The notes under the pieces: generated by a model
Told to the model about the DNA's origin: nothing
Databases searched by the model: none
The model's input: only the letters and a program-made list of their open reading frames with translations
IMG/VR virus record: IMGVR_UViG_3300017783_000027
Span: 1-54,818 of that record
Source: a virus
Lineage: Duplodnaviria; Caudoviricetes
Length of the DNA stretch: 54,818 bases
Strand: one strand, 5' to 3'
Translations under genes and position numbers: made by a program
Shown: piece after piece, positions 17,486 through 30,500 of the stretch
Position numbering within the stretch: the stretch's first letter is position 1
Layout of the letters: the number at the start of each line of letters is the position of its first letter

Positions 17486-20059
17486 ATGGCAAAATTTAAT
17501 GATAAAATTTCAACAATCATTAATTCACAGTTACCTGAATTCGTTGTTGCTGACCACCCAAAGTTCGCAGACTTTCTAAAGGTATATTATCAACTTTTAG
17601 AATCTTCTGAATTAGGTGTAACAAGTATTCAAGCAACTGACGGTCTCTTAATTGAAACAGAGACAGGTCAAATCAATAACATTGTTCTTAACTCTTCTGG
17701 CATAGGTTCTACTAGAACACTATTAGATACAGATGATAAAATTCTTTTAGAAGATACACCTTACGGTAAATTTACTAGAGGAGAGGTCATCAAAGGCCAA
17801 ACTTCAAATGCAACAGCAAGTGTATTTGCAGAAGACTTAAATAATAACAGACTATTCATAACATCACAAAATAACTTTGTTAAAGATGAGGTAGTTGTTG
17901 GTCAAACATCAAATGCATATGCAATTGTAAATACAAACAGACCAAGTCCTGTTAATAACATTATGGACTTGTTAAAGTTTAGAGACCCCGATGGTGCAAT
18001 TACAAATTACTTAAATTCATTTAGAGACGAGTTTCTTACAACATTACCAGAAAATCTGGATGTTGGTGTTAATAAAAGAAATGTTATTAAGAATATTAGG
18101 TCAATGTACCGTGCTAAAGGTACAACAAAAGGTCACGAAACATTTTTTAGACTATTATTTAATTCAAATTCAGAAACAATTTATCCTAGAGAGAATATTT
18201 TAAGAGTATCAGATGGCCAATGGGATTCTAAAAAAGTATTAAGATGTAAAGTTACAGTAGGTAAAGGTAATGATTTAATTGGTAGACAGATTACAGGTTT
18301 TACTTCAGGTGCAGTTGCAACAATTGAAAACCTTGCTATCTTTCAGATTGGTCAAAATACAGTTACAGAATTTACAATTAACGCAGATAGTATTGTTGGT
18401 ACTTTTCTAATTGGTGAAGAGATACAAGGTACTGCTTCAGACACAGATGACTATTTTATTAAGGCAACTGTTACAGGTATTCCAGGTAATAAAAATATTA
18501 CAAATGATGGTTCACTAAATGATACCTCAGATTCTATTTCAGTTATTGGTGGTGGTTCAGGTGGACTTTTCCAAGTTGAAGAAATTGGTCCAGGTAAAAT
18601 TGAAGAAGTTATCATTGACAATCCAGGAAGAGATTATCGGGTTGGCGATAGTATAACTTTTGATGACACAGGTACATCAGGTCTTGGTGCGTCTGGTTTT
18701 GTTAGTAATGTTAATGGTGATGTTATTGCAGAAGACGGCGAAACTTTAGTTTATGAAGATGAAACAACTAGAGGCGACACGTATGCTGGTAATTCTGTTA
18801 TGCAAGAAACTGGAACAGATATTGGACAAATTCGTAAATGTTATATTACAAATCCAGGAAATGGTTATTTAAAATTACCAACAGCTGTTGTTAATGGTTC
18901 AACTGGTTTAAATGGTTCTGTAAAATTATATGGTTCTAATATTGGTAGAATTGTTAAAATTAAAACTGTAGAATTAGGTTTAGATTATCAACTTGCTCCT
19001 TCTCCACCAACACTAACGTTTTATAATAATATCGTTGGCGTAAATATTTCAGGTTCTTTCTTAGCAAATGAAACTATAACAGGTGGCACAAGTGGTGCTT
19101 CTGGTAAACTTGCAGAATATGATAACGATAGAGGTCTAATTAGATTACAAGATGTTACAGGAACATTTCAAACTAACGAAACATTAACAGCACCGTCTGG
19201 TGGACAATTAACTGTTAAAAAGATTGATACTTCAAGTGCAACAATTGATGTTGTATCTGTTGCTGACACAGATGGTCGTTTTCTAAATGAAGACGGAGAA
19301 ATTTCAGAAACTACTGTAAAAGTACAAGATAGTTTATATTATCAAGACTTTTCTTACGTTCTAAAAGTTGGTCGTTCTATTAATGAATGGCGAGATAGTT
19401 TTAAAAAGACAATGCACACTTCTGGTTTTTACTTTACAGGAGAAGTACAATTATCAACTAGACTTAATGCTCAGATTTCAACACCAATTACAGGTGCTGT
19501 TTCTGGTGCAGTTGATGACCCATTCTTTAGTATTGCAAACATTCTATTCTCTACTATATTCGGTAGAAGATTAGGAACAGTAGATGACGGTACTTCATTG
19601 AGAAACAATGCTTATATAGCTGGTTCTATTGATAATGATAATTCTACTGAAAGATTTTCAGCAAATACTAGAGACGTAACTTTACACAGACAAGGTGTAC
19701 ATTTAACAATTAGGTCAAGTAAAAGAGAGAATATTAACGGTGTTCAAGTATCACAAGGTTGGGCATATGCTGGTCCTAGATATGGTTCAATCAATACATA
19801 TGCAAATAGAATTTTCGGTGCTGGTGTTCAAGGCGCTGGTAACACGTTCAAAACATTAAGTGAATTAAAGGTATTTGGTACAAAAACAACTTTAGACGGT
19901 TTAGACGCAGTTATGCTTATGACTAGTGATGAACAAGGTAAGCAAGTTAAGATGAATTTTGCGTTTCCGTCTGTAACGGCATTCAGTGGAGACTCATTTG
20001 ATAACACAGTTACTAAATTTGATAAAACTACCAGAACATTTGATGACACAACTGTTTAA
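17486..20059 (+). CDS. gp7: baseplate wedge initiator gp7-like
   Basis: QLPEFV..HP.F..FL..YY, YRAKGT, QDSLYYQDFSYV, K.MHTSG; follows gp6. Confidence 0.75.
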   Translation: MAKFNDKISTIINSQLPEFVVADHPKFADFLKVYYQLLESSELGVTSIQATDGLLIETETGQINNIVLNSSGIGSTRTLLDTDDKILLEDTPYGKFTRGEVIKGQTSNATASVFAEDLNNNRLFITSQNNFVKDEVVVGQTSNAYAIVNTNRPSPVNNIMDLLKFRDPDGAITNYLNSFRDEFLTTLPENLDVGVNKRNVIKNIRSMYRAKGTTKGHETFFRLLFNSNSETIYPRENILRVSDGQWDSKKVLRCKVTVGKGNDLIGRQITGFTSGAVATIENLAIFQIGQNTVTEFTINADSIVGTFLIGEEIQGTASDTDDYFIKATVTGIPGNKNITNDGSLNDTSDSISVIGGGSGGLFQVEEIGPGKIEEVIIDNPGRDYRVGDSITFDDTGTSGLGASGFVSNVNGDVIAEDGETLVYEDETTRGDTYAGNSVMQETGTDIGQIRKCYITNPGNGYLKLPTAVVNGSTGLNGSVKLYGSNIGRIVKIKTVELGLDYQLAPSPPTLTFYNNIVGVNISGSFLANETITGGTSGASGKLAEYDNDRGLIRLQDVTGTFQTNETLTAPSGGQLTVKKIDTSSATIDVVSVADTDGRFLNEDGEISETTVKVQDSLYYQDFSYVLKVGRSINEWRDSFKKTMHTSGFYFTGEVQLSTRLNAQISTPITGAVSGAVDDPFFSIANILFSTIFGRRLGTVDDGTSLRNNAYIAGSIDNDNSTERFSANTRDVTLHRQGVHLTIRSSKRENINGVQVSQGWAYAGPRYGSINTYANRIFGAGVQGAGNTFKTLSELKVFGTKTTLDGLDAVMLMTSDEQGKQVKMNFAFPSVTAFSGDSFDNTVTKFDKTTRTFDDTTV

Positions 20060-20065
20060 AACTGT

Positions 20066-20073
20066 TATAAATA
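20066..20073 (+). promoter_or_regulatory. T4-type late promoter TATAAATA
   Basis: Exact consensus before the GAGG RBS of ORF 20092. Confidence 0.8.
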
Positions 20074-20091
20074 GTACAAAGAGGAAAATAA

Positions 20092-21657
20092 ATGGCTAAA
20101 CAATTAATAGGTATCGGTTCAGTTGCAAATGACGGAACAGGTGATAATTTAAGAGAAGGCGCAACAAAAGTCAACAATTTGATGAACGAATTGTACACTG
20201 CCTTAGGTGATGGTACAAATTTCACATCCGGTACTTTTGCTACTACAACTGCTACACAGGCGTTATCAAACAAAGATTTGACAGCGGCTACTAATACTTT
20301 TCCTACAATATCTATTAAAGATGACGCTTCTACCATTGACGCATTAAGTTTAGGTCAAACTTTAACTTTTGAAGGTGGTACAGGTATTACAACAACAGTT
20401 ACCGACAATAAAGTTTCAATGGCTGCTGAAGTTTCAGCGGCTAGTACAAACACACTAACTAACAAAACAATTAATTTTGCTAATAACACCATAACAGGTA
20501 CGGCGAATGAGTTTAACACAGCAGTATCCGATGGTAGTTTCTCAACAACTTCTGGTTCTGAAACACTAACAAATAAAACTATTGATTTAACGGACAACAC
20601 CTTATCAGGTACAATAGCAGAATTAAATACAGCAATTTCAGATGAGACAGTTGTAGGTAGAGATACTACAGATACACTTACAAATAAAACATTAACATCA
20701 CCAGTTATTAATACTAGTTTAACCGGAACAGCTGCTTTAGATATAACAGGTGCTGGTTCAAAATTCAAAGCCAACTTTGCAAATACGGCTGCTTTACCAA
20801 ATCCAACAACATATCAAGGTATGTTTGCAACCAAGTCCGACACTGCTCAGGCTTTCTTTGCAGAATCAGGTGCTTGGATTTCTTTATTTTCAGAAAACAA
20901 TACAATTCAAGATATTTCAAACGTAGATATTTCCGGTATTGCTGATGGTCATGTATTAAAATGGAATGCGACAAACACAAGATTTGAGTCAGCTGCAGAA
21001 GCAGGTGGTTTAGCAAACGGTGATGATATTGATTTTGGTCAATCAGATATTCAAGACGTAGGTTACATTTCTATGATGTCTCCTAAAAACACTGTAACAA
21101 AAACTTTAACAGTTACAGTTACTTCTAAAACTTCTGAACATTATTATCACTCTGTAGGTTCAGCTAGTGCATACATAATTGACGGCAACCAAGAGTCGCC
21201 TTTATTACAATTCGCTCCAGGTGTTTACAAATTTGACCAATCTGCTGGTACTAATAACAGTCATCAAATTAAATTTTATTTAGACGCAGCTAAAACAACT
21301 TTATATGAATATGGTGTAACATATAACGGCAGTGCTGGTAGTGCAGGTGCATATACACAGATTGAAGTTGATGAAAACACAGCACCAGTTCTATACTATC
21401 AATGTATAAATCATCCTTATATGGGTCACGCTATACAAATGGTTGGTAGAAAAAGACATTTAAAAACATCTATGACAGGTGATGGCTCTGATACAACTTT
21501 AACAATTGAAGCTGGTAGAACAGTAGATGATGTTTTAGTATTCGTAAATGGTATCTGTTTAGTTCCTACAGACGACTATACAATTTCAGGAACCACATTA
21601 ACATTCATAACTGCTCCGGCTAGTTCAGCTGAGGTAGTAGTAAGGTACTTAGGATAA
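20092..21657 (+). CDS. gp9/gp10-like baseplate fibre connector or short fibre
   Basis: N-terminal MAKQ.I.IG..NDGTGD.LR..KVN; TLTNKT repeats; LYYQC..H..MG; VFVNG..P..DY. Confidence 0.75.
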   Translation: MAKQLIGIGSVANDGTGDNLREGATKVNNLMNELYTALGDGTNFTSGTFATTTATQALSNKDLTAATNTFPTISIKDDASTIDALSLGQTLTFEGGTGITTTVTDNKVSMAAEVSAASTNTLTNKTINFANNTITGTANEFNTAVSDGSFSTTSGSETLTNKTIDLTDNTLSGTIAELNTAISDETVVGRDTTDTLTNKTLTSPVINTSLTGTAALDITGAGSKFKANFANTAALPNPTTYQGMFATKSDTAQAFFAESGAWISLFSENNTIQDISNVDISGIADGHVLKWNATNTRFESAAEAGGLANGDDIDFGQSDIQDVGYISMMSPKNTVTKTLTVTVTSKTSEHYYHSVGSASAYIIDGNQESPLLQFAPGVYKFDQSAGTNNSHQIKFYLDAAKTTLYEYGVTYNGSAGSAGAYTQIEVDENTAPVLYYQCINHPYMGHAIQMVGRKRHLKTSMTGDGSDTTLTIEAGRTVDDVLVFVNGICLVPTDDYTISGTTLTFITAPASSAEVVVRYLG

Positions 21658-21661
21658 AAAC

Positions 21662-22786
21662 ATGGGAATTTTAACTAGAACAATTGCAAATAATTTAGGA
21701 GAAAATCCTAATCCTGGTGTAAATTTTAGAAACTTTATCATCAATGGTAAAATGATTTTTGATAGACGAGGTGGTCCTTACACTTCTAATGGTTACACGT
21801 TAGATAGATGGACTATGGACGAATCTACAGACGGTGCAGTTACAGTTTCACAAAGCGGTGATGTTCCTGCCGGTACAAATTTTTCTTCAGCATTAAAAAT
21901 TGATGTAACTACAGCAGACGCTAGTATAGGAGCTGCTCAATACTGTGGTCTTACACAGTTCATTGAAGGCCAAAATATGGTAACGGCTAATTATGGAACG
22001 TCTGACGCAGAAAACATGATGTTATCTTTTTGGGTAAAATCAAATAAAACAGGAATATATTGTGTACGTTTTGTAAAAGAAGCAGGTGATGGTACTAGAT
22101 ACGAAACACCTATTGAATACACAATCAGTGCTTCTAATACATGGGAAAAGAAAACTATTTCATTGTCGCCAACAGCAGGTGGTACAGCATTAATTACTGC
22201 TAGTGCTGGTGCAATTAAAAAGAATGCTAATGCCGGATTTAGAATTATGTTTAGTCATGCAGTAGGTTCAAACTATCAAGCAACTAATAATACATGGGTT
22301 GCAGGTAGTGATAAAATGGGTACATCAAATTCAGTAAACTTATTAGATAGTGATTCTAACGAATGGTACTTAACAGGAGTTCAATTAGAGGTTGGTAGTT
22401 CAACTACAAGCTTTGAACACTTACCAGAAGATGTAGAATTAAATAGATGTTTGAGATATTATTTTAAAGTACAAGGTGGTCCGTCACAAAATTATATGAA
22501 TTTTGGTATGACATCTACAAATGGTACCAATTCAATAATGTTCATGCATTTTCCACAAATGTTGAGAGGTAATGCAACCATATCCTCAAATGGTACTTTT
22601 TCTAGTAATGTTCCATATGGTGCAGGTTACGAGAACACTAGCGCTGGTCCTTCACTAGGTGATATGGGTCCTAATATGTGTAGAATAGATTTTACTACAC
22701 CTACATCACATGCAGCTGGACTAAACGGAAGAATATTACTGTTGAATGACGGAACAGGTTATATAGACTTTGACGCAGAATTATAG
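21662..22786 (+). CDS. tail fibre / receptor-binding protein with putative carbohydrate-binding domain
   Basis: RN.IING, Y.LDRW, LSFWVKS, TGVQLE.G...T.FEH, EL.RC.RYY. Confidence 0.7.
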   Translation: MGILTRTIANNLGENPNPGVNFRNFIINGKMIFDRRGGPYTSNGYTLDRWTMDESTDGAVTVSQSGDVPAGTNFSSALKIDVTTADASIGAAQYCGLTQFIEGQNMVTANYGTSDAENMMLSFWVKSNKTGIYCVRFVKEAGDGTRYETPIEYTISASNTWEKKTISLSPTAGGTALITASAGAIKKNANAGFRIMFSHAVGSNYQATNNTWVAGSDKMGTSNSVNLLDSDSNEWYLTGVQLEVGSSTTSFEHLPEDVELNRCLRYYFKVQGGPSQNYMNFGMTSTNGTNSIMFMHFPQMLRGNATISSNGTFSSNVPYGAGYENTSAGPSLGDMGPNMCRIDFTTPTSHAAGLNGRILLLNDGTGYIDFDAEL

Positions 22787-22794
22787 GAGATAAT

Positions 22795-22989
22795 ATGGAA
22801 ATAGATATTAACACAGCAACTTACAGATACAGAGAAAATGATGGTACTAATACAAAATACACTGTTGAGTTAGTTTTAACAGATGGTACTAAAATGTCTG
22901 TGCCTATAGACACTGATAATAGACATTATAGAATGGTATTAGAGTGGGCTGATATTGATGGAAACAATATAACTGACCCAGGAGCGTAA
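22795..22989 (+). CDS. putative tail fibre assembly chaperone
   Basis: VP.D..NRHY...LEW...GN.I pattern directly after a fibre gene. Confidence 0.6.
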   Translation: MEIDINTATYRYRENDGTNTKYTVELVLTDGTKMSVPIDTDNRHYRMVLEWADIDGNNITDPGA

Positions 22990-23017
22990 ACGATATTAAA
23001 ACCATTATGAAAACTTG

Positions 23018-23025
23018 TATAAATA
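23018..23025 (+). promoter_or_regulatory. T4-type late promoter TATAAATA
   Basis: Exact consensus upstream of gp8. Confidence 0.8.
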
Positions 23026-23049
23026 TAGTAAAGGATTAAAAGAAATAGT

Positions 23050-24519
23050 ATGCCAGCAATTATAACTAACAAATTTAGAATTCACAATAGTGAACAATTT
23101 TCAGAGTCTTTTTCAGAGGCTGCTGGAAACACGTATTATCTTGCTATCGGTAAACCTCAACCTTTCGGTATTGCGACAAGAGGTGATAGTAGAACACAAA
23201 ATTTAGGTACTGACACAGCACCAGTAACACCAGGTGATAATAACAATTCACAAACTGTTCCATTTGATGATATGTTGGCAGCTAAGAAGATTACTTCAAC
23301 AGATGTTGCTTTTGTAGCACCAAGAAGAAACTGGACTACAGGTACAACATACGATATCTATAGACACGATTACAACGAATACTCTACAGGTACAACTACA
23401 AACCTTACAGCAAATTCAGGAGCAACGACATTATCAGACGCAAGTTACTATGTATTAACAAGTGCTAGAAACGTTTACAAATGTTTAGATAATGCTAACA
23501 ACACAGCTTCTACAGTAGAACCAACAGGAGATTCTACAACAATTATTACAACTGCTGACGATTATAAGTGGAAATATATGTACACTTTATCAGCTGCTCA
23601 ACAAGCAAATTTCTTGTCAACAGACTTTATGGCAGTTTCTACAAATAGTACAGTATCATCAGCGGCTGTTGATGGTGCAATTAATATTGTAAAAATTAAA
23701 ACACCAGGTTCTGGTGGTACAGACGGAACATTCACTAACATTCCTATGAGAGGCGATGGTACAGGTGGTGTTGTTTCTGTTACAGTTACATCTGGTGCTA
23801 TTACGGAAGTAACAGTTACAAATGTAGGTTCAGGTTACACTTTTGCTACAGTTAGTAATGCACAAGTAGTATCAGCAGGTTCAACAAACTTGGTTGGTGC
23901 AGAATTAGATTGTATTATTGAACCAAAAGGTGGTCACGGTTTTAATGCAGTTACAGAATTAGGTGCTTTCTTTGTAATGTTAAACACATCTTTAGAGGGT
24001 GGAGAAATTACAAACTCTGGTGACTTTACTACATCAAATGACTTTAGAAGAGTTATGTTAGTAAAAGACCCAAAATCAGGTGGTTCGGCTGCAACAGCAA
24101 ATACTTTAAGAGGTACTAAATCAATTGCAATTGCCTCATCTCCAACACCAGGAACATTTACAGTTGACGAAGAAATTAACCAAGCTTCTACAGGCGCAGT
24201 TGGTAAAGTCGTAGCTTGGGACGCAACAAACAGAATTTTGTACTATGTACAAACTAGATATAATGACGAAGGAATTGATACTGACGGAAATCAAACAGCA
24301 TTTAGTGGTGCAAACGTAATTACTGGACAAACATCTAGTGCTACAGCAACACCTAATACCTCTGAAAGTGGTACGGTAAATAATGTTACGTTTACTTCCG
24401 GATATGCAAGTGCAGAAATAGACGCTGACAGTGGCGACATTCTGTACATAGAAAACAGAGCACCAATAACGAGAGCAGCTGACCAAACTGAGAACATTAA
24501 ATTGATTATAGAATTTTAA
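23050..24519 (+). CDS. gp8: baseplate wedge protein gp8
   Basis: MPAIIT.KFR, PRRNW, VYKCLDN, YKWKYMY, SGDILYIENR..I.R..DQTE.IK. Confidence 0.9.
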   Translation: MPAIITNKFRIHNSEQFSESFSEAAGNTYYLAIGKPQPFGIATRGDSRTQNLGTDTAPVTPGDNNNSQTVPFDDMLAAKKITSTDVAFVAPRRNWTTGTTYDIYRHDYNEYSTGTTTNLTANSGATTLSDASYYVLTSARNVYKCLDNANNTASTVEPTGDSTTIITTADDYKWKYMYTLSAAQQANFLSTDFMAVSTNSTVSSAAVDGAINIVKIKTPGSGGTDGTFTNIPMRGDGTGGVVSVTVTSGAITEVTVTNVGSGYTFATVSNAQVVSAGSTNLVGAELDCIIEPKGGHGFNAVTELGAFFVMLNTSLEGGEITNSGDFTTSNDFRRVMLVKDPKSGGSAATANTLRGTKSIAIASSPTPGTFTVDEEINQASTGAVGKVVAWDATNRILYYVQTRYNDEGIDTDGNQTAFSGANVITGQTSSATATPNTSESGTVNNVTFTSGYASAEIDADSGDILYIENRAPITRAADQTENIKLIIEF

Positions 24520-24537
24520 CCAGAGGATACTTAATAA

Positions 24538-27500
24538 ATGCCGAGTCCAACTGATTTTAACCTCTCACCATACTTTGACGATTACGCAGAATCAAAAAAG
24601 TTCCATAGAGTTCTTTTTAGACCCGCTTTCGCAGTACAGGCTAGAGAGTTAACACAATCACAAACAATTCTACAAAACCAAGTAGAGAAAGTATCTGACC
24701 ACCTTTTCAAAAAAGGTGCAATGGTTATACCTGGAGAAATTGGGTACGACTTAAATTACTATGCAGTCAAACTAACTTCTTACACAGGCACATCAACTTT
24801 ATCAAATTTTAAAGATATAGTTCTTACAGGTGGTACTTCTGGTGTAACTGCTAAAGTCGGTAATACATCTATTACAGACGGTACGGATCCTGATACACTA
24901 TTCGTAAAATACACAAACTCTGGTACAACTAATACAGCACAAGCATTTACAGACGGAGAAACTATTACAGGTTCAGCAACTATTGACGGTGTTGTAACTT
25001 CTTTAACAGCAATAGTTAATACGACAGCAACTGGTTCGGCCGCTTTTGTTGCAGCTGGTACTTACTACATTAATGGTTTTCATGTCAATGTTGCAGAGCA
25101 AACAATTCTATTAGACAAATACACAAACACACCATCATACAGAGTTGGTTTAACAATTTCAGAATCTTTTGTTACTCAAAATGATGACGGTACACTAAAC
25201 GATAACGCAGCTGGTTCATCTAACGTAAATGCTCCAGGTGCTCACAGATTTAAAATTGATTTAACTTTATCTAAACTTACAGTTGGTTCTTCAGCAGACG
25301 CAAACTTTGTTGAATTATTAAGATTGCAAAAAGGTATTATTCAAAACCAAGTTAGAACAACAGAGTATGCAGTATTAGAAGATACTTTAGCAAGAAGAAC
25401 ATTTGATGAATCAGGTGACTATTCTGTTAGAGATTTTGATATTGATATTAGAGAACATTTACAAACAGGTAATAATAGAGGTATCTATACAAGTGCAAAC
25501 AGTGGTTTAGAATCTAAACTTGCAGTTGGTTTAGGACCTGGTAAAGCATATGTTAAAGGTTATGAAATTGAAACAATTGGTACTACTTTTGTTGAAGTAA
25601 ACAAAGCGAGAAGTTTTGAAACACAAAATAACTTTATTACAAAATTTGATGTAGGTAACTTTGTTAATGTCACTAACGTTTTTGGAACACCAGATATTGG
25701 TTTCGTAACTGGTGACGTAGAAGCATTTAAAAAGATTAATCTGTACAATACTCTATCAGCAGCTAGAGGAACAGAAAACAATGGTAGTTTATCTAGTTTA
25801 AATACAATTGGTCGTGCAAAGTCTAAAGGGTTTGAATATGTAACAGGTACACCTAGTGCATTTACTTTTTCAAGTGCCTCTTTAACTAGTGCAATCTACA
25901 GACACTACATGTTTGATATTAACATGTTTACACACCTAAACTTACAAACTGGTACAGCATTTACAGATGGCGAAGTAGTAACAGGTGGTACAAGTGGTGC
26001 AAGTGCGACATATGAAAGTATTTCAAACGAAGAAAGTAAATCAATTTCAGGTATTACAGTTGCAAATCCAGGTGTTGTAACGGCAACAGCACACAAATTT
26101 AAAGAAGGACAACAAGTTACTATTTCAGGTGTAACAGGTTTTGGTCTTGATTCAGTTTCACAAGACTCTTCAGCACAAGTATTTACTGTTAGAAATCCTG
26201 GCACAAACACATTTGAATTATATGGTGCAGACGGAACAACTGCTCAAAACGTAACAGCATACACTTCTGGTGGTACTGTAGAACATGGTTTAGCAATCGT
26301 TTCAAATGTACAAGGCACATTCGTGGCCGGAGAAACAATCACAGGCGGGACTTCAGGTAATACTGCCGTAATTCAAAATGACAGATTAGGTCAAAAAGGT
26401 GCAACAACTTTTGATTTTGCAAATGTTAAACACCTTGGTATGGCAGGAACACCAACATATACCTCAGACGTTTCTCGTAGTGCAACGTACGGAGAAAGTT
26501 TACAGATTTCAGGTTCTATTTCAGTTGCCTCTGGTGGCACAGCAGTTACAGGTTTCGGTACAAGATTTAATACTGAATTAAAAGTAGGTGATGAAATTAC
26601 ATTTACTACAGACGCTGGTGCTTCAGTAACAAGAATTATAGAATCCATTTCAAGCGATACTACTTTAGAATTTACAACAGTTCTTGGTGGTTCAGACGTA
26701 TCAACAAAAACTATTGCGACTAGAAATAGAGGTAAATTACAAGATAGTAATAAAAACGTTTCTATCTTCCCATTACCACACGCAACAATCAAAACACTAA
26801 AGACGGCGGCTAATTCATCTTTAACCGATACAAACTTTACAGTTAGAAGACACTTTGCAGTTACACTATCAAGTGGTTCGGCAACAATCACTGCTGGTAC
26901 TAACGAGGTCTTTGGTTCATTAGCTGAGGGAGATTATTCAGTATCTATTATGGATATTGCTTCTGCTTCATCTGGTGCAACTGGTGATGTAATGAGTTTG
27001 ACAGGTAACAATGCAAACAGTAATCCCATATTCACACTTGCAGGTTCTCCTACAGGTAAAACTTTAACGTTAGACTTTGGTACTGCTTATGCAAATGCTA
27101 AGATTAAAATTCTTGCTACTGTAACTAGAAGTGTTGCAGATAGTAAAACAAAAACACTTAATAGTAATTCAACTGTACAAATAACTTCACAGTCAATAAT
27201 TCAATCCGGTACAATTGGGTTAGCAAAAGCTGATGTTTATGCTTTAAAGAGTGTTAAGATGGCCGCTGACTTTAGTACAAATGCAATATCAGGCGATACT
27301 GATATTACAGACAGATTTATTTTAGATACAGGTCAAAGAGATAACTACTATGACATTGGTAGAATTAAATTAAAAACTGGTGAATTAGCACCAACAGGTA
27401 GATTACTTGTTACCTTTGATTTCTTTTCACACGGTTCAGGAGATTACTTTGATGTAGACTCTTATTCAGGTGTTGTAGATTACGAAGACATTCCAACTTA

Positions 27501-30500
27501 TCTTTCTGATACTTCTGGTGACAGTTTTGAATTAAGAGATTGTTTAGACTTTAGACCAAGAGTTGATGACGCAAGTACAATTAGTTCAGGTGGTCAAGAC
27601 AGAAGTTTTGATGGCGCTGGTGCTTCTACAGTAGATGTAATTAAATTTGGTGGTAATGTTACTACAGATTTTGAATACTACTTACCAAGAATTGATAAAA
27701 TCTTTTTAGATAAAGAGGGTTCATTTAAAGTAATTGAGGGTGCTTCTTCTGAAATACCTCAATCGCCTAAACAATTAGACGGTGCAATGCATTTATATAC
27801 ATTGTACATTCCTGCTTATACACTAACTACAGACGATATTGATATTAAAACAGTAGATAACAAACGTTATACTATGAGAGATATTGGTAGATTAGAAAAA
27901 CGTATTGAGACAGTTGAATACTACACACAACTTTCTTTATTAGAAACACAGACACAACAATTACAAATACAAGACGCAGATGGTTTTGATAGATTTAAAA
28001 ATGGATTTATCGTAGATAACTTTACTGGTCATGGTATTGGTGACGTAAGTAATTTAGATTACAAATGTTCTATGGACATGGCAGTAGGTGAAGTAAGACC
28101 TACGTTTAAGGAAGATTCAGTACAACTAATTGAATCAGACGAAGATGGCACAGTTATTACAAGTGCAGATAGAACAGCTGCAGGTTACCAAAAAACTGGT
28201 GACTGTATTACATTACCATACACAGAATCAACATTAGTTGACCAACCTTACGCTAGTAAATTTATTAACGTAAACCCATTCAACGTATTTACATGGGTTG
28301 GTTCAATAGAATTATCTCCTCCAGGAGACGAATGGAAAGAAACAGAAAGAGCACCAGAATTAGTTATAAATGAACAAGGTGCCTTTGACACTATGGTTGC
28401 AAACTTAGGAAATCCAAATCTTCAATCAATTGAAGTTGGTACAGTTTGGAACGAGTGGCAAGATATGTGGACTGGAAGACCTACTGAACAAACTACTAAT
28501 ATTGGTGGTAGAGTAAGAGAACATGCATTTGGTGTACCAAACATTTTTGGTAGAGGCCGAAGAGTATTACAAAGACAACAAATTACAACTACACAACAAG
28601 TTAATCAAACTAGAACAGGTGTTAGAAGTACAATTGTTCCACAAGTTGTTAGAGAATCATTAGGTGATAAAATTATCAACGTTGCATTTGTTCCATTTGT
28701 AAGAAGTAGAACAATCACATTCAACGGTACAAGATTTAAACCTAATACAAGATTATATCCATACTTTGATAATATTGATGTATCAACATACGTTACACCA
28801 GAGGGTGGAACATTAGGTGGTAATATTGTTGCAGACGCTAATGGTGCAATCAACGGAACATTTACTATACCTGACCCAACTGTTGACGCAAATCCAAGAT
28901 GGCGAACAGGTACAAGAGTATTCAGATTAACAAGTTCATCTACTAACGATAGAAACTCGGACATTGCTACTGCTGGTGAAGCAGACTATACAGCAAGAGG
29001 TACATTAGAAACAGTACAAGAGAGTATTGTATCAACAAGAGAGCCTAGAGTTGTTAGAGAAAGTGTTACAGAAAATAGACAGATTACAAGAACATCAACA
29101 AGAGAAACAAACGTACAAGTTGGTTGGTGGGATCCTTTGGCACAAACATTCTTAATTGATGACCCAGGTGGTGTTTTCTTATCTTCAATAGATTTATATT
29201 TCCAATCTAAAGACGCTAACATTCCTGTTACTGTTCAAATTAGAGAAGTTAAGAATGGTTATCCGTCAACTACTATTTTACCATTTGGTGAAGTAACATT
29301 AAATCCTAGTGCAGTAAACACAAGTGCTGATAGTTCAGTTGCTACAACGTTTAACTTCCCTAGTCCGATTTACATACAAGAAAATGTAGAATATTCATTC
29401 GTAGTATTAGCAAATACAAACGAGTACAATGCTTTCGTATCAAGAATTGGTGAAACACAATTAGGTTCAGATAGAACAATCTCGGCACAACCTTATGCCG
29501 GTGTATTATTCAAATCACAAAACGGTTCAACATGGACTGCTGAACAAAATGAAGATATGAAATTCAAACTAAAAAGGTGTTCGTTTACAACTGGTACAAA
29601 CGGAACACTAACGGTTGTAAACGATACACTACCGGCTAGAACGTTAAAAAATAATGCATTAAGAACAACAAATAGTTCAGGTGTAATTAGAGTTTCACAT
29701 CCTAATCACGGTATGCATGGTTCAAATAACAATGTGACTATCGCTGGTGTGCCAACAGGTACATACAATGGTATTGCTCACAGTGATATTAACGGAACAT
29801 ACAACTCAATTTCAAATATTACTTTAGATAGTTACGAGATTACAACAACTGGTACAGCAACAGCAACAGGTGATGTTGGTGGTGCAGATGTCACAGCAAC
29901 TCAAAATAGATTGTATGATACTTTGAATTTAAATATTCAAACTATGACTGTTCCAGGAACAGGATTAACTTATAACATGAGGCCAACTACAGGTGCTTCA
30001 GTTCATGGTAGTGAAACAGAGTTTAGTTTAACGGCTGCAAATAATTCAGTTTCAGTATCAGCGAATGATAATATTTACTTTACAGCACCACAACTGGTCG
30101 CTTCTACTGCCAATGAAACAAATGAAATGGCAGGTAGTAAGTCATTATTTGTAAATGCAGTATTATCAACAACTAGTGAAAAATTATCTCCAGTTATTGA
30201 TTTACAAAGATGTAGTGCAATTACAGTACAAAATAGAATTAATAGTCCAACAACAGGCAATACACCAAACTTTGTTGATGACACAGCTTCGTCTGGTACA
30301 TCAAGTGCGGCTGTTTACTTAACTAGACCGATTGTATTAGAAAATCCTTCAACAGCATTAGAAGTTAGATTAACTCAAAATGTTAGAAGTGTTGCAAGTG
30401 TACAATTGTTCTATAGAAATTCGTCTGCTGAAGAATCAAGAGATATTAATGAATTAAGTTGGACACCATTTAATGTAAATGGCGAAGAAGATATTTTAAT